From the IMG/VR virus record IMGVR_UViG_3300042892_000699: a DNA stretch of 64,000 bases. One strand, written 5' to 3'. Of this stretch, positions 1 to 8,691 are shown one piece after another (the first letter of the stretch is position 1; every line of letters begins with the position of its first letter). The notes beneath the pieces were generated by a model that saw only the letters and a program-made list of their open reading frames with translations, did no database searches and had not been told where the DNA came from. A program made the position numbers and the translations under genes. Source of the stretch: a virus. Lineage: Duplodnaviria > Caudoviricetes.

Positions 1-2
1 AC

Positions 3-95
3 TATCAACTGCCGTTTGATGCTAGCAAATTGAAGAACTTTGACAAGTTCCACGATAAGTACGGCAAGTACATTATCCAGGCAATGGAAGGTTAA
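3..95 (+). CDS. C-terminal fragment of an upstream gene, probably a MoxR-like AAA+ ATPase
   Basis: Open frame YQLPFDASKLKNFDKFHDKYGKYIIQAMEG* ending TAA at 93-95. The AAA call is inferred from its position before a VWA/metallopeptidase gene. Confidence 0.45.
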   Translation, partial: YQLPFDASKLKNFDKFHDKYGKYIIQAMEG

Positions 96-99
96 AATT

Positions 100-118
100 G
101 GCCCTTAGGGGCCTTTTT
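100..118 (+). terminator. Rho-independent terminator candidate
   Basis: GGCCC-TTAG-GGGCC stem-loop followed by TTTTT, just after the stop at 95. Confidence 0.65.
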
Positions 119-120
119 AC

Positions 121-149
121 TTGCTCTTTTGATAAATTGAATGTATAAT
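121..149 (+). promoter_or_regulatory. sigma70-type promoter
   Basis: TTGCTC-17 nt-TATAAT upstream of the AGGAG RBS of ORF 176. Confidence 0.6.
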
Positions 150-175
150 AGTACTATCGCAACTAGGAGTAATAA

Positions 176-1444
176 ATGTCCGCAGTAATGAAACAAGAAA
201 AACAAAAGAAACAAGATTGGTTAGGTAAAACTTTTAGCGAAAGTGAAAAAGCTAAAATTCTCGATAAACTAATTACCGCACGAGTTGGGCTCTTGCTCCG
301 CCATCCGTTTTTTGGTAATCTTGCTACCCGAATGAAAATGGTAGAGGCTAGCGACTGGTGTCAAACCCTTGCAACAGATGGTCGCAATTTTTATTTTAAT
401 TTAGGATTTGTAAATAAACTTACTCCTAAGGAAGCAGAGTTTGGCTTTGCACACGAGGTCCTCCATAATGTATTTGATCATATGGGTCGGCGAGACGGGC
501 GCGACCCTCAACTGTCAAACATTGCCGCAGACTATGCCGCTAACCAAATTCTTAAAGACGAACGTATCGGTACAGTTCCTAGCTTTATTAAGATTTTCCA
601 GGACGACAAATATCGCGGATGGAGTTACGAGCAGATTTATCAGGACCTTTACGACAAGGCTGAAAAGATTGATATTTCCCAATTAGGGGAATTGCTCGAC
701 GAACACCTAGATGGTGAGGGTGAAGATGGGGAAGGTGAAGGCAAAGATGGAGAAGAAATTGACGGAAGTAGTAAGGGCCGGCCACGTTTGACTGCAGAAG
801 AAAAGAAACAAATCCGTGATGAGATCAAAGAAGCTATGGTAGCGGCTGCTCAATCAGCAGGTGCAGGTAAAGTGCCTGCAGGTATTGCTAGAATGATCAA
901 AGACTTTACTGAGCCAAAGATGGACTGGCGACAACTGTTGCGCATGAATATCCAAAGTATTCTTAAAAGCAATTTTAGCTTTGCTCGCCCTAACCGCAAG
1001 AGTCAACAATGTGGCGCTATCTTGCCAGGTATGATGAATGAAGAAACTATTGACGTATCTGTAGCAATCGATATGTCTGGTAGTATTTCAGATGCTATGG
1101 CTAAAGATTTCTTGTCAGAAGTCAAAGGTATTATGGATGAGTACAAGGACTTTAAATTAGATTTGTGGTGTTTTGATACTAACGTATACGGTTACAAACA
1201 ATTTACCGGAGATACTGCTGATGATATTAACGAGTACGATTGCCAAGGTGGCGGTGGTACTGATTTTGATGCAAACTGGGAATTCATGAAGTACAATGAT
1301 ATTCAACCCAAGAAGTTTATTATGTTTACTGACGGTTATCCCTGCGGTAGCTGGGGAGATGAAGATTATTGTGATACTATCTTTATTATTCACGGTAACG
1401 ATGCCATAATTTCTCCATTCGGCCAGACCGCGCATTATAAATAA
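176..1444 (+). CDS. Putative metallopeptidase plus VWA-like domain protein (DUF2201-like)
   Basis: HExxH motif (AHEVLH), acidic linker, MIDAS motif DMSGS, GGGGTDF and FTDG motifs. Confidence 0.8.
   Translation: MSAVMKQEKQKKQDWLGKTFSESEKAKILDKLITARVGLLLRHPFFGNLATRMKMVEASDWCQTLATDGRNFYFNLGFVNKLTPKEAEFGFAHEVLHNVFDHMGRRDGRDPQLSNIAADYAANQILKDERIGTVPSFIKIFQDDKYRGWSYEQIYQDLYDKAEKIDISQLGELLDEHLDGEGEDGEGEGKDGEEIDGSSKGRPRLTAEEKKQIRDEIKEAMVAAAQSAGAGKVPAGIARMIKDFTEPKMDWRQLLRMNIQSILKSNFSFARPNRKSQQCGAILPGMMNEETIDVSVAIDMSGSISDAMAKDFLSEVKGIMDEYKDFKLDLWCFDTNVYGYKQFTGDTADDINEYDCQGGGGTDFDANWEFMKYNDIQPKKFIMFTDGYPCGSWGDEDYCDTIFIIHGNDAIISPFGQTAHYK
1436..1443 (+). promoter_or_regulatory. T4-type late promoter TATAAATA
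   Basis: Exact T4 late consensus 13 nt upstream of ORF 1457. Confidence 0.55.
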
Positions 1445-1456
1445 TATAGGTAGATT

Positions 1457-1747
1457 ATGGCATTAAATAGAGGAACGGTAAATGCTTTAAATGTTCTAGG
1501 ATTTAGAAAACTATCTTTTATTCCAGAACATTTTTCCAAAATCTCTATTGATTCAAAGTTTGATACCAAAATTATAGAACAATGGATCGAATATAATTTA
1601 AATAGCAGATACGCTATACAAGGAAAATATAGTTTAGATGCAAATAGGAAAATGATTTCTGTTATTGAAATAGGAATCGAGGATCCTAAAGAACTAACTA
1701 TGTTATCATTAGGATGTCAACATTTACATAAAAAAGGAATTAATTAA
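1457..1747 (+). CDS. Hypothetical protein
   Basis: 96-aa ORF, tightly packed with neighbours. Confidence 0.65.
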   Translation: MALNRGTVNALNVLGFRKLSFIPEHFSKISIDSKFDTKIIEQWIEYNLNSRYAIQGKYSLDANRKMISVIEIGIEDPKELTMLSLGCQHLHKKGIN

Positions 1748-1990
1748 ATGGAAAATCAAGAAACAGTTCAAGACGCTAGTCAAGTAACTCCAGAGGCTGC
1801 GCCACCGCAACAACCAGATCTTACAATCACTGATCTAACAAATATCCGTGCGATCATTGATGTTGCAGTTCGTAGAGGGGCATTTGGAGCTTCGGAAGCG
1901 TCCGGAGTAGGCACAGTATTTGATAAACTAAACGCATTCTTAAATGCTGTTGCACCTCCTAAGTCAGACGACAAAGCACCAAAACAATAA
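1748..1990 (+). CDS. Hypothetical protein
   Basis: 80-aa ORF starting immediately after the previous stop, with AAGGA upstream. Confidence 0.7.
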   Translation: MENQETVQDASQVTPEAAPPQQPDLTITDLTNIRAIIDVAVRRGAFGASEASGVGTVFDKLNAFLNAVAPPKSDDKAPKQ

Positions 1991-2002
1991 AAGGAGATTC
2001 AC

Positions 2003-2608
2003 ATGAAACATGTGGGAAAAATGAAAAATAATGCTGCTCGAGTAGCAGTAGTTTATAGGACTGTTCCGGGAGAGCCCAACAACGCATTAGTAGTTGGGAC
2101 TAGTGGCTTGCCAGATGCTAATCACGATGCTTTGATGAGCGTTATTCAAAGTGAATCCGGTCAACAAGCAAACGAGTTAGCTGACATCTTAGCAACACGC
2201 CGATTCCCAGACGGTGATGTAATGCTAAGTTGGTTACACGCCCGTGGACAACTTAAAAAAGTTCCCACTAATCTCGTGTTAATGACTCCCAATACTCAAA
2301 CACAAATTCCATTGAATGAACTCAATGAAATGATTGCAACTCAGAAAGGAATCACTGTTGAGGATTTGGCTGTTAGTGATGGTCAGAAAAAATCTACCGT
2401 TACTAAAAAAGAAGCCAAGGAAGAAATTATTGTCGATGATATTATTGTCGACACTGCTCCTACAATTGCAGAAGCACCAGTTACTGCATCTGACTTGCGG
2501 TCAATGGCAGACAAACTTTCTAAGCAGGCAGCAGAGATGCGCCGCAAAGCAGACGAAATGTCTCCGCCAGTTAAGAAGACGGCTAAGGCAACAAAAGCCG
2601 AAGCTTAA
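2003..2608 (+). CDS. Hypothetical protein with a low-complexity Ala/Lys-rich C-terminus
   Basis: 201-aa ORF with AAGGAG RBS. Its stop overlaps the DHFR start. Confidence 0.75.
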   Translation: MKHVGKMKNNAARVAVVYRTVPGEPNNALVVGTSGLPDANHDALMSVIQSESGQQANELADILATRRFPDGDVMLSWLHARGQLKKVPTNLVLMTPNTQTQIPLNELNEMIATQKGITVEDLAVSDGQKKSTVTKKEAKEEIIVDDIIVDTAPTIAEAPVTASDLRSMADKLSKQAAEMRRKADEMSPPVKKTAKATKAEA

Positions 2609-3084
2609 TGATTAACTGTTTAGTTGCAGTTGAACGAAACCAGGGCATAGGATTTAATGGTCAAATGCCCTGGCCTCACCTTAGGGGTGATATGCAGTGG
2701 TTTAAACAAATGACAACTAATCAAGTTGTTATTATGGGTTCAACCACATATGATAGTTTGGGTAAATCTTTACCTAATAGAATTAATGTAGTGATAAGCA
2801 GAAAGAGAGTGCTAGGTGATCACACCTTTGACGACTGCGGTGCTGCCTTAGATTTTTGTTCTGTAGAATACCCTGATAAGGAAATTTTCATTATCGGCGG
2901 AAGTGCCGTTTATGAACAATATCTCGATATTATTGACAGATTTTATATTACCGAAATAGATGCAGACTATGAGTGTGATAAGTTTTTTGACCTTACCTAT
3001 GTAAAAGAACACTTTACAAAGGTTAAAGAACACGCTATACTTAATGACCCGATAAAATATACAATAAAAGAATACAACTTATGA
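2608..3084 (+). CDS. frd: Dihydrofolate reductase
   Basis: GIGFNGQMPW, D..WFK..T, VIMGSTTYDSL, LPNRINVVIS, IIGGSAVY motifs. Confidence 0.95.
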   Translation: MINCLVAVERNQGIGFNGQMPWPHLRGDMQWFKQMTTNQVVIMGSTTYDSLGKSLPNRINVVISRKRVLGDHTFDDCGAALDFCSVEYPDKEIFIIGGSAVYEQYLDIIDRFYITEIDADYECDKFFDLTYVKEHFTKVKEHAILNDPIKYTIKEYNL

Positions 3085-3965
3085 CACATCCAGAACAAGC
3101 ATATCTCAATGCACTTAAAGACATTTTAGCAACAGGTGAACAGCGACCCGATAGAACTGGAGTCGGGACTATTAGTAAGTTCGGTGTACAATTGCGATTT
3201 GATCTGCAGAAAGGATTTCCTGCTGTTACTACTAAGAAGCTAGCATGGCGTGCCTGTGTTAGCGAACTGCTTTGGTTTATTGAAGGCAGTGGTGATGAGA
3301 ATCGCTTAAAGGAAATCCTACACGGTGAGCGTTATACCGATAAGAAAACTATATGGTCAGATAATGCCACAGCACCTTACTGGACAAACAAACGACTCCA
3401 GCGGCATGCAGGTGATCTCGGTCGTGTCTACGGCGTGCAATGGCGAAAGTGGCGTGCTCCGTTAGTTCGTATTAACAAAGTTGTCCTACAAAATTGCGAC
3501 CAGTTGCTTAATTTAATTGACGGCTTAAAGAAAGACCCTTACGGTCGTAGACATATCATTACTGCATGGAATCCAGGCGAACTAGAACTAATGGCATTAC
3601 CTCCGTGCCATATGATGAGTCAATTCTACGTAAGCAACGGGAAACTAAGTTGTTCAATGTATCAACGTAGTGCAGACATGTTCCTCGGAGTACCGTTTAA
3701 CATTGCCAGCTATGCACTGTTCACACATATGATTGCACAAGCCTGTGAATTAGAAGTCGGCGAACTTATTATTACCCTAGGTGACGCTCATATCTACACC
3801 AATCATGTTGATCAGGTTAACGAGCAATTAGCACGTAAGCCATTACCGTTGCCAGAGTTAAAACTAAACCCTGCTGTCAAAAACATCACAGGGTTTACAA
3901 TGGACGATATTGAATTGGTAAATTATACTAGTCACGATGCTATTAAAGCACCAATGGCTGTTTAA
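3081..3965 (+). CDS. td: Thymidylate synthase (ThyA type), uninterrupted
   Basis: DRTGVGT, ELLWFIEG, LGRVYGVQWR, MALPPCH, YQRSADMFLGVPFNIASY, GDAHIY motifs. Confidence 0.97.
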   Translation: MTHPEQAYLNALKDILATGEQRPDRTGVGTISKFGVQLRFDLQKGFPAVTTKKLAWRACVSELLWFIEGSGDENRLKEILHGERYTDKKTIWSDNATAPYWTNKRLQRHAGDLGRVYGVQWRKWRAPLVRINKVVLQNCDQLLNLIDGLKKDPYGRRHIITAWNPGELELMALPPCHMMSQFYVSNGKLSCSMYQRSADMFLGVPFNIASYALFTHMIAQACELEVGELIITLGDAHIYTNHVDQVNEQLARKPLPLPELKLNPAVKNITGFTMDDIELVNYTSHDAIKAPMAV

Positions 3966-5230
3966 ACTTTAATTTCTATTACACCAAAAGAGCCTTCGAA
4001 ATCTTCGAGGGCTTTTCCTATTACAGCATCCGAACTGTCATGATCCTGTTTCTTAGTAGCATATCCCTGTTTATATCCACTGGTAACTAATAGGTCGCCC
4101 TTCTTAACGGGGCCACAAATCTTGCAAGGAACACGACCTTTTAAGGCAATATAGGGGTGAGTTTCGTCGGTTCCTGCCTCGGAATTCATCATATATGCCG
4201 GATTTTTACTCACTACTCCTGCAACCGTTGTCGTTGCCTGTAATGTAGCAAGAGTAACTTCTTTTTCTCCGCCTAACATTAGTACAGTTCCAAATTCATA
4301 TGCCGCATCTGCGGCATAGCGTTCAGCAATGTCAGCATAATATGCACTGGTTGCAACGCCTTTAAAAATATCAGCTTTAACACTTTTATCAAATGGATTA
4401 TAATAAAACGATGAAGTAGTGTAGATTGCGTCTGTTTTGGTATAAGTTGTGCCAGTTGTAAACGGAATAGGAAATGTACCTACACTCGGCGGAATATCTG
4501 TAACAAGTCCGATTGCAGTGGTTGCAGTATTTGCATTAACTGCATGCCTTGCACTTCCCCAAAAGTAAATTCCCTGAGACGCTGATTCACCTGTTGAGTA
4601 GTTTGCACCTCTTAAAGTAATACCTTTACTGATCGTTGATGTAGAACCTGAATCATAGATAGGATATTTTGGTAGTGGTGGTTGATCTGCTTGAGTTACT
4701 GTATATGTTTCTGCAGAAACCATAGCAACTACTTCATCATTTGCTCCTACAATAGCTTTAATATTGTATTTTGGTGTACCAGTATCTTCTTGTGCGTATT
4801 CGACATCGCCTTTCCATTGAGCTCTGGTGTCGGCGCCGCTAGGAGGACCTATTAAAACAAAATTCTCACCATTGTAGGCATAAAGTTGTTCTTCTCTACT
4901 ATCAAACCATAGATCGCCTGATTCGTAGATTTTAGTATTGTTAGGATTTTCAGTATTAACATCTAAATTGGAAATGCTTTTCCAATTTGCGCCATCAAAC
5001 ACATTGAGTCTTTTGTTTGCAGTATCATACCAAAGTTGACCATCAATCGGTTTAGATGGAGGAATAGTATTTGAAAAATTCTCAAGCAATTTTAAAAAGT
5101 TTTCATTTTGCCATTCACCGTAACCTGCATAGTTTCTTCCAACAAAAATTAAATCAGTTGTGAGATCCAACGAAGCATCTTGTACTATCGTAATCTGTGT
5201 TCCATCTGTTTTATTGAGAATGTAAGGCAT
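3962..5230 (-). CDS. Tail fibre-like protein with a C-terminal peptidase-G2/IMC-like autocleavage domain
   Basis: N-terminal GRNY..YG..QNENFLKLLENF...GQLWYDT module shared with the next two genes. C-terminal YADIAERY...ALKGRVPCKI.GPVKKGDLLVTS. Confidence 0.65.
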   Translation of the reverse strand: MPYILNKTDGTQITIVQDASLDLTTDLIFVGRNYAGYGEWQNENFLKLLENFSNTIPPSKPIDGQLWYDTANKRLNVFDGANWKSISNLDVNTENPNNTKIYESGDLWFDSREEQLYAYNGENFVLIGPPSGADTRAQWKGDVEYAQEDTGTPKYNIKAIVGANDEVVAMVSAETYTVTQADQPPLPKYPIYDSGSTSTISKGITLRGANYSTGESASQGIYFWGSARHAVNANTATTAIGLVTDIPPSVGTFPIPFTTGTTYTKTDAIYTTSSFYYNPFDKSVKADIFKGVATSAYYADIAERYAADAAYEFGTVLMLGGEKEVTLATLQATTTVAGVVSKNPAYMMNSEAGTDETHPYIALKGRVPCKICGPVKKGDLLVTSGYKQGYATKKQDHDSSDAVIGKALEDFEGSFGVIEIKV

Positions 5231-5232
5231 AA

Positions 5233-6201
5233 TTATTCCTGATATGTAATGTTATTGTTAAAAGTGGTAAAAGAATTATAATATGCATCTACAGTATCCC
5301 AGCGAGCAAGTCCTCCTACATTTGTTAATGTAAAGTGTCTAACAGAAAGAAGAGCATTGTAATTACACAGCACTTTAGCCTGAGATCCTATAACATAGGT
5401 TGCGGTACTAAACAAATTAGGCAATGCTTTTAATCTTAAAGCATTGTTTCCATCATTGATGTTTGTTAGATTTGTTCCAGTTGTGCCAGTTTTTGTATCA
5501 CCGTATGTGGTAATATCAAATGCAGTTGTTAAATTCTTATCATAAACTGTATTACCCCTTACATATAAATTTCCTTTTACATCAAGGTCATCTAAAATTG
5601 TAATACCGTTAACAACATTAGTTGCTGTTGTCTGTCCAAAGTACACTGTTGAGCTAGAAGCACTCATTGTAAAGGATGCAGTAGTCACTAACGCAGTCGG
5701 AGCACCGTAAGAATACAGCACTGAAACATTTTGTTTTTGGTTAAACGTATTCTCTAAAATATTTACAGGAGGAACCATAACTCCCATTTTACCATTTTGT
5801 AGATCTACTCTAGGATCAACAAGGAACCATTGATTTAAAGGATATCCTTGCCAGATTTTAAATTCACCATTAGTGCTATTGTACCACAAATCTCCTGTAC
5901 TTGTTGTTACGGGTTGCGTACCACTGATAGTTGCGCCGTATGTAGGATTAAACTCTACACCATCATAGACTGTTAATTTACTGTTAATTGTGTCGTACCA
6001 CAACTGACCAACTTGTGCTTGTAAAGGTTGATTAGGAGAAGCAAAATTAGTCAACAGTTTTACAAAATTATTGTTTACATACTGTCCGTACTTGTTAACA
6101 TTCTTACCTATTAAATCTAAACTAGTGGTGATAGAATCTACATCTCCATCTGCCATGGTTAACAATACTGTACCGTCACTTCTATATATGATATATGCCA
6201 T
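5233..6201 (-). CDS. Tail fibre-like structural protein (paralogue of its neighbours)
   Basis: Same N-terminal module (LIGKNVNKYG..NNFVKLLTNF..GQLWYD). Confidence 0.6.
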   Translation of the reverse strand: MAYIIYRSDGTVLLTMADGDVDSITTSLDLIGKNVNKYGQYVNNNFVKLLTNFASPNQPLQAQVGQLWYDTINSKLTVYDGVEFNPTYGATISGTQPVTTSTGDLWYNSTNGEFKIWQGYPLNQWFLVDPRVDLQNGKMGVMVPPVNILENTFNQKQNVSVLYSYGAPTALVTTASFTMSASSSTVYFGQTTATNVVNGITILDDLDVKGNLYVRGNTVYDKNLTTAFDITTYGDTKTGTTGTNLTNINDGNNALRLKALPNLFSTATYVIGSQAKVLCNYNALLSVRHFTLTNVGGLARWDTVDAYYNSFTTFNNNITYQE

Positions 6202-6205
6202 GTTA

Positions 6206-8026
6206 TTATGTCTTTATAATATAGTTCATTGTAACTGGTACAATGTTTGTAGTGGTAGTAGCATATCTCAAATCCGGAACACTAAAGCTACCACTTGCTC
6301 CACCAAATGTATAACCAATTACACCAAATAAATCTCCCTGTAACACGGTAGATGTAGACCCGCCATTGCATAAAATCCATGTAGGCTGACCGTCTGGCTT
6401 AACCGCTGAGGGAGGTGTTGAAGTTGGCCACGGAATAATCATCCCTGGCTGCATTACCATGTCGTAAACATCTGATAAGAAATCTGCCTTGCTGATTTGT
6501 CTTACACCTTGCTCTATAGTTGTAGATGTTGCGGTGTCAACTACTAACAACGTCTGAGTAGCAGTGGTCGATGTAACTGTTGACTGTGCTGTAATTAAAG
6601 CTGTGGTAGCAGTAGTATTAAGAGCTACATTACCTAATCCATTAAATGATACAGATCCGGTTGTTGCAAACTGTCCAATAACACTAAATTGTCGAGAAGC
6701 TTCTAATTGAACAGCCTGTGAAGCAACTCCGTATATTGTAAGTGTAGATCCAGTTGAACCAATTTGTGATGTATAAATTCTACGAAATGCTCTAGTTGGA
6801 GATCCTAATTCATATGAATTGTTTTCTGCTGGTTGTAAAATAGTGCCGCTTCCGCCGGGCTGACCTATTGTAATTAGCCCAACCATTGAAGAAGTTGTTA
6901 CTACAGTTAATGTGTTTGCTTCTAAAGTTCTTCCAAACGACCCGCCACCGGAAACATCTAGAGCAGAATCGGTATTAGAAGTAATTGTTACATCATCTGA
7001 AAACTTACCGCTACCTGTAACATCTAATGTTTTGGTAGGAATAGGATTATTAACTCCCACAAATCCTGCAGACGTGAGCTTTAAATAAGACTTGTCAAAG
7101 AAACTATCAGAAATACCTATCTTCATTCCAGAAGAGCTAGTGTTAGCGTAGGTAACAAATGCCTCAGATGCAGTACTATATATTTTAATAGCTTTTGCAG
7201 TTGTATCTTTTTTAATTTGAATACCGCCAGATGACTCAACTACAAAGGTACCTGTATGAATCTGAGGTGCAAGTATAGATTTATTTCTTAATACATCAGA
7301 TGCTTTAACGGTTACACCCGAACTGAGATATAAAGATGCAGCACTTTCTGCTACTCCGTTGTATCTTGTAGGAATTCTGGAAGTTAAATTTGTTCCTGCC
7401 TTAATAACAGTAAAACCATCAATAACACTTCTAGGAGTAAATTCATTATAAGAGATAATTTCAACTACTTTGCCGTTTGCCCAGTTTAAAATAACAGGAT
7501 ACTCTACTTTATTAGCAACGGTACTAGTATTAGTTTCAATGACTCTAACTTCTGCTCCGGACTTTGAAGTACCAGATAAGCTACTAGGACCAACAAGAGT
7601 CCATCCATCGGCATCACGTATGTTTAATTGATTCGAAACCGTATCAACCCAGATGTCTCCAATTGTTACTCCAGAACTATAACTTAAACTAGGATCAGAA
7701 TTTTGTTGATAGATTCCGCTAGCAGCTGGCCATCGATTACTTGTAATGTCACCATTATTAACTCTTAAAACTTTTCTGTTAGGATTGCTAGTATCATACC
7801 ATAGTTGTCCCTTAATTGAATTAATAGGAGGGTTAGGTCCTGCAAAATTTTCCAACAATTTTAAAAAATTTTGTGTAGTATCAAGACCGTAATTAGTATA
7901 TCCTGGCCCGACTAGATCAAGACTGGTACTATAATTGTTCTTTCCAGGACCTAATGTTGTTCCTAATACCTGCACTGTGCCAGTGTTTGTAGGGTCTGAG
8001 AATCGAAGTGTATATGAATTAGCCAT
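6206..8026 (-). CDS. Tail fibre-like protein with a C-terminal tail-collar-type domain
   Basis: Shared N-terminal module. C-terminal PGMIIPW...WILCNG...LFGVIGYTFGG...FSVPDLR is collar-like. Confidence 0.65.
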   Translation of the reverse strand: MANSYTLRFSDPTNTGTVQVLGTTLGPGKNNYSTSLDLVGPGYTNYGLDTTQNFLKLLENFAGPNPPINSIKGQLWYDTSNPNRKVLRVNNGDITSNRWPAASGIYQQNSDPSLSYSSGVTIGDIWVDTVSNQLNIRDADGWTLVGPSSLSGTSKSGAEVRVIETNTSTVANKVEYPVILNWANGKVVEIISYNEFTPRSVIDGFTVIKAGTNLTSRIPTRYNGVAESAASLYLSSGVTVKASDVLRNKSILAPQIHTGTFVVESSGGIQIKKDTTAKAIKIYSTASEAFVTYANTSSSGMKIGISDSFFDKSYLKLTSAGFVGVNNPIPTKTLDVTGSGKFSDDVTITSNTDSALDVSGGGSFGRTLEANTLTVVTTSSMVGLITIGQPGGSGTILQPAENNSYELGSPTRAFRRIYTSQIGSTGSTLTIYGVASQAVQLEASRQFSVIGQFATTGSVSFNGLGNVALNTTATTALITAQSTVTSTTATQTLLVVDTATSTTIEQGVRQISKADFLSDVYDMVMQPGMIIPWPTSTPPSAVKPDGQPTWILCNGGSTSTVLQGDLFGVIGYTFGGASGSFSVPDLRYATTTTNIVPVTMNYIIKT

Positions 8027-8029
8027 GTT

Positions 8030-8659
8030 TTAAACTCCGGTGCTCAAACTTTGGATCCTAATTGTATAATCTACCTGAATCATCCTGTTTAATGATTTCT
8101 GAACAGGGTGGAAGATAACATGTGTTAATAACATTCCTGTATTCGGACCTTCTGGATTAAAGGATCTCAATCCTAATTCATCAAACACAAAATTAGATTC
8201 AGTGTTTGTTTCTGTATCAAATGCGGCTTGACCGCTCGGCTCACCAAAATCAAGCAAACAACTTACTAGCACGTCAGTATAAACTGTGCCAGCAATGTGT
8301 CTAGTTTCCATAAAATTACGTGCAGGATCTAACGAGTATGAACTTTTCGAATCAACAGTTTTATAATAAGTTTGATTATATAGGCTAGCACTTGTTCCTA
8401 CACTGTTAGGTGTAAGGTAAGTAATGATTCCTGTACTATCAACTCTGCTTCCTCCGTTGCCGAACACCATCTCGGCAATGGGTCCTTCGCCTTGATTTGC
8501 TATACTCTGTGCCAATGCTATGGAAAAATTCTCATAATGAATAGCGTTTCTTTTATTAATAAAGACTTCTTGAGAGATAGGATCGTAGATTTTAATATGA
8601 CCCTGGATGCCTATTGCTCCAGCTTCATTCGGTAAATTGTTCATGTTTCTGTTATCCAT
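8030..8659 (-). CDS. Hypothetical virion structural protein
   Basis: 209-aa ORF in the tail operon, preceded by a late promoter motif. Confidence 0.6.
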   Translation of the reverse strand: MDNRNMNNLPNEAGAIGIQGHIKIYDPISQEVFINKRNAIHYENFSIALAQSIANQGEGPIAEMVFGNGGSRVDSTGIITYLTPNSVGTSASLYNQTYYKTVDSKSSYSLDPARNFMETRHIAGTVYTDVLVSCLLDFGEPSGQAAFDTETNTESNFVFDELGLRSFNPEGPNTGMLLTHVIFHPVQKSLNRMIQVDYTIRIQSLSTGV

Positions 8660-8664
8660 AATGA

Positions 8665-8672
8665 TATTTATC
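8665..8672 (-). promoter_or_regulatory. Late promoter-like GATAAATA
   Basis: Motif ends 5 nt before the ATG at 8659. Confidence 0.55.
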
Positions 8673-8691
8673 CATCTAAATTATAAGCGGT

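Noticed and set aside
3081-3965. Group I intron or homing endonuclease in td, as in T4
   Set aside because: The ORF is continuous and of normal length.
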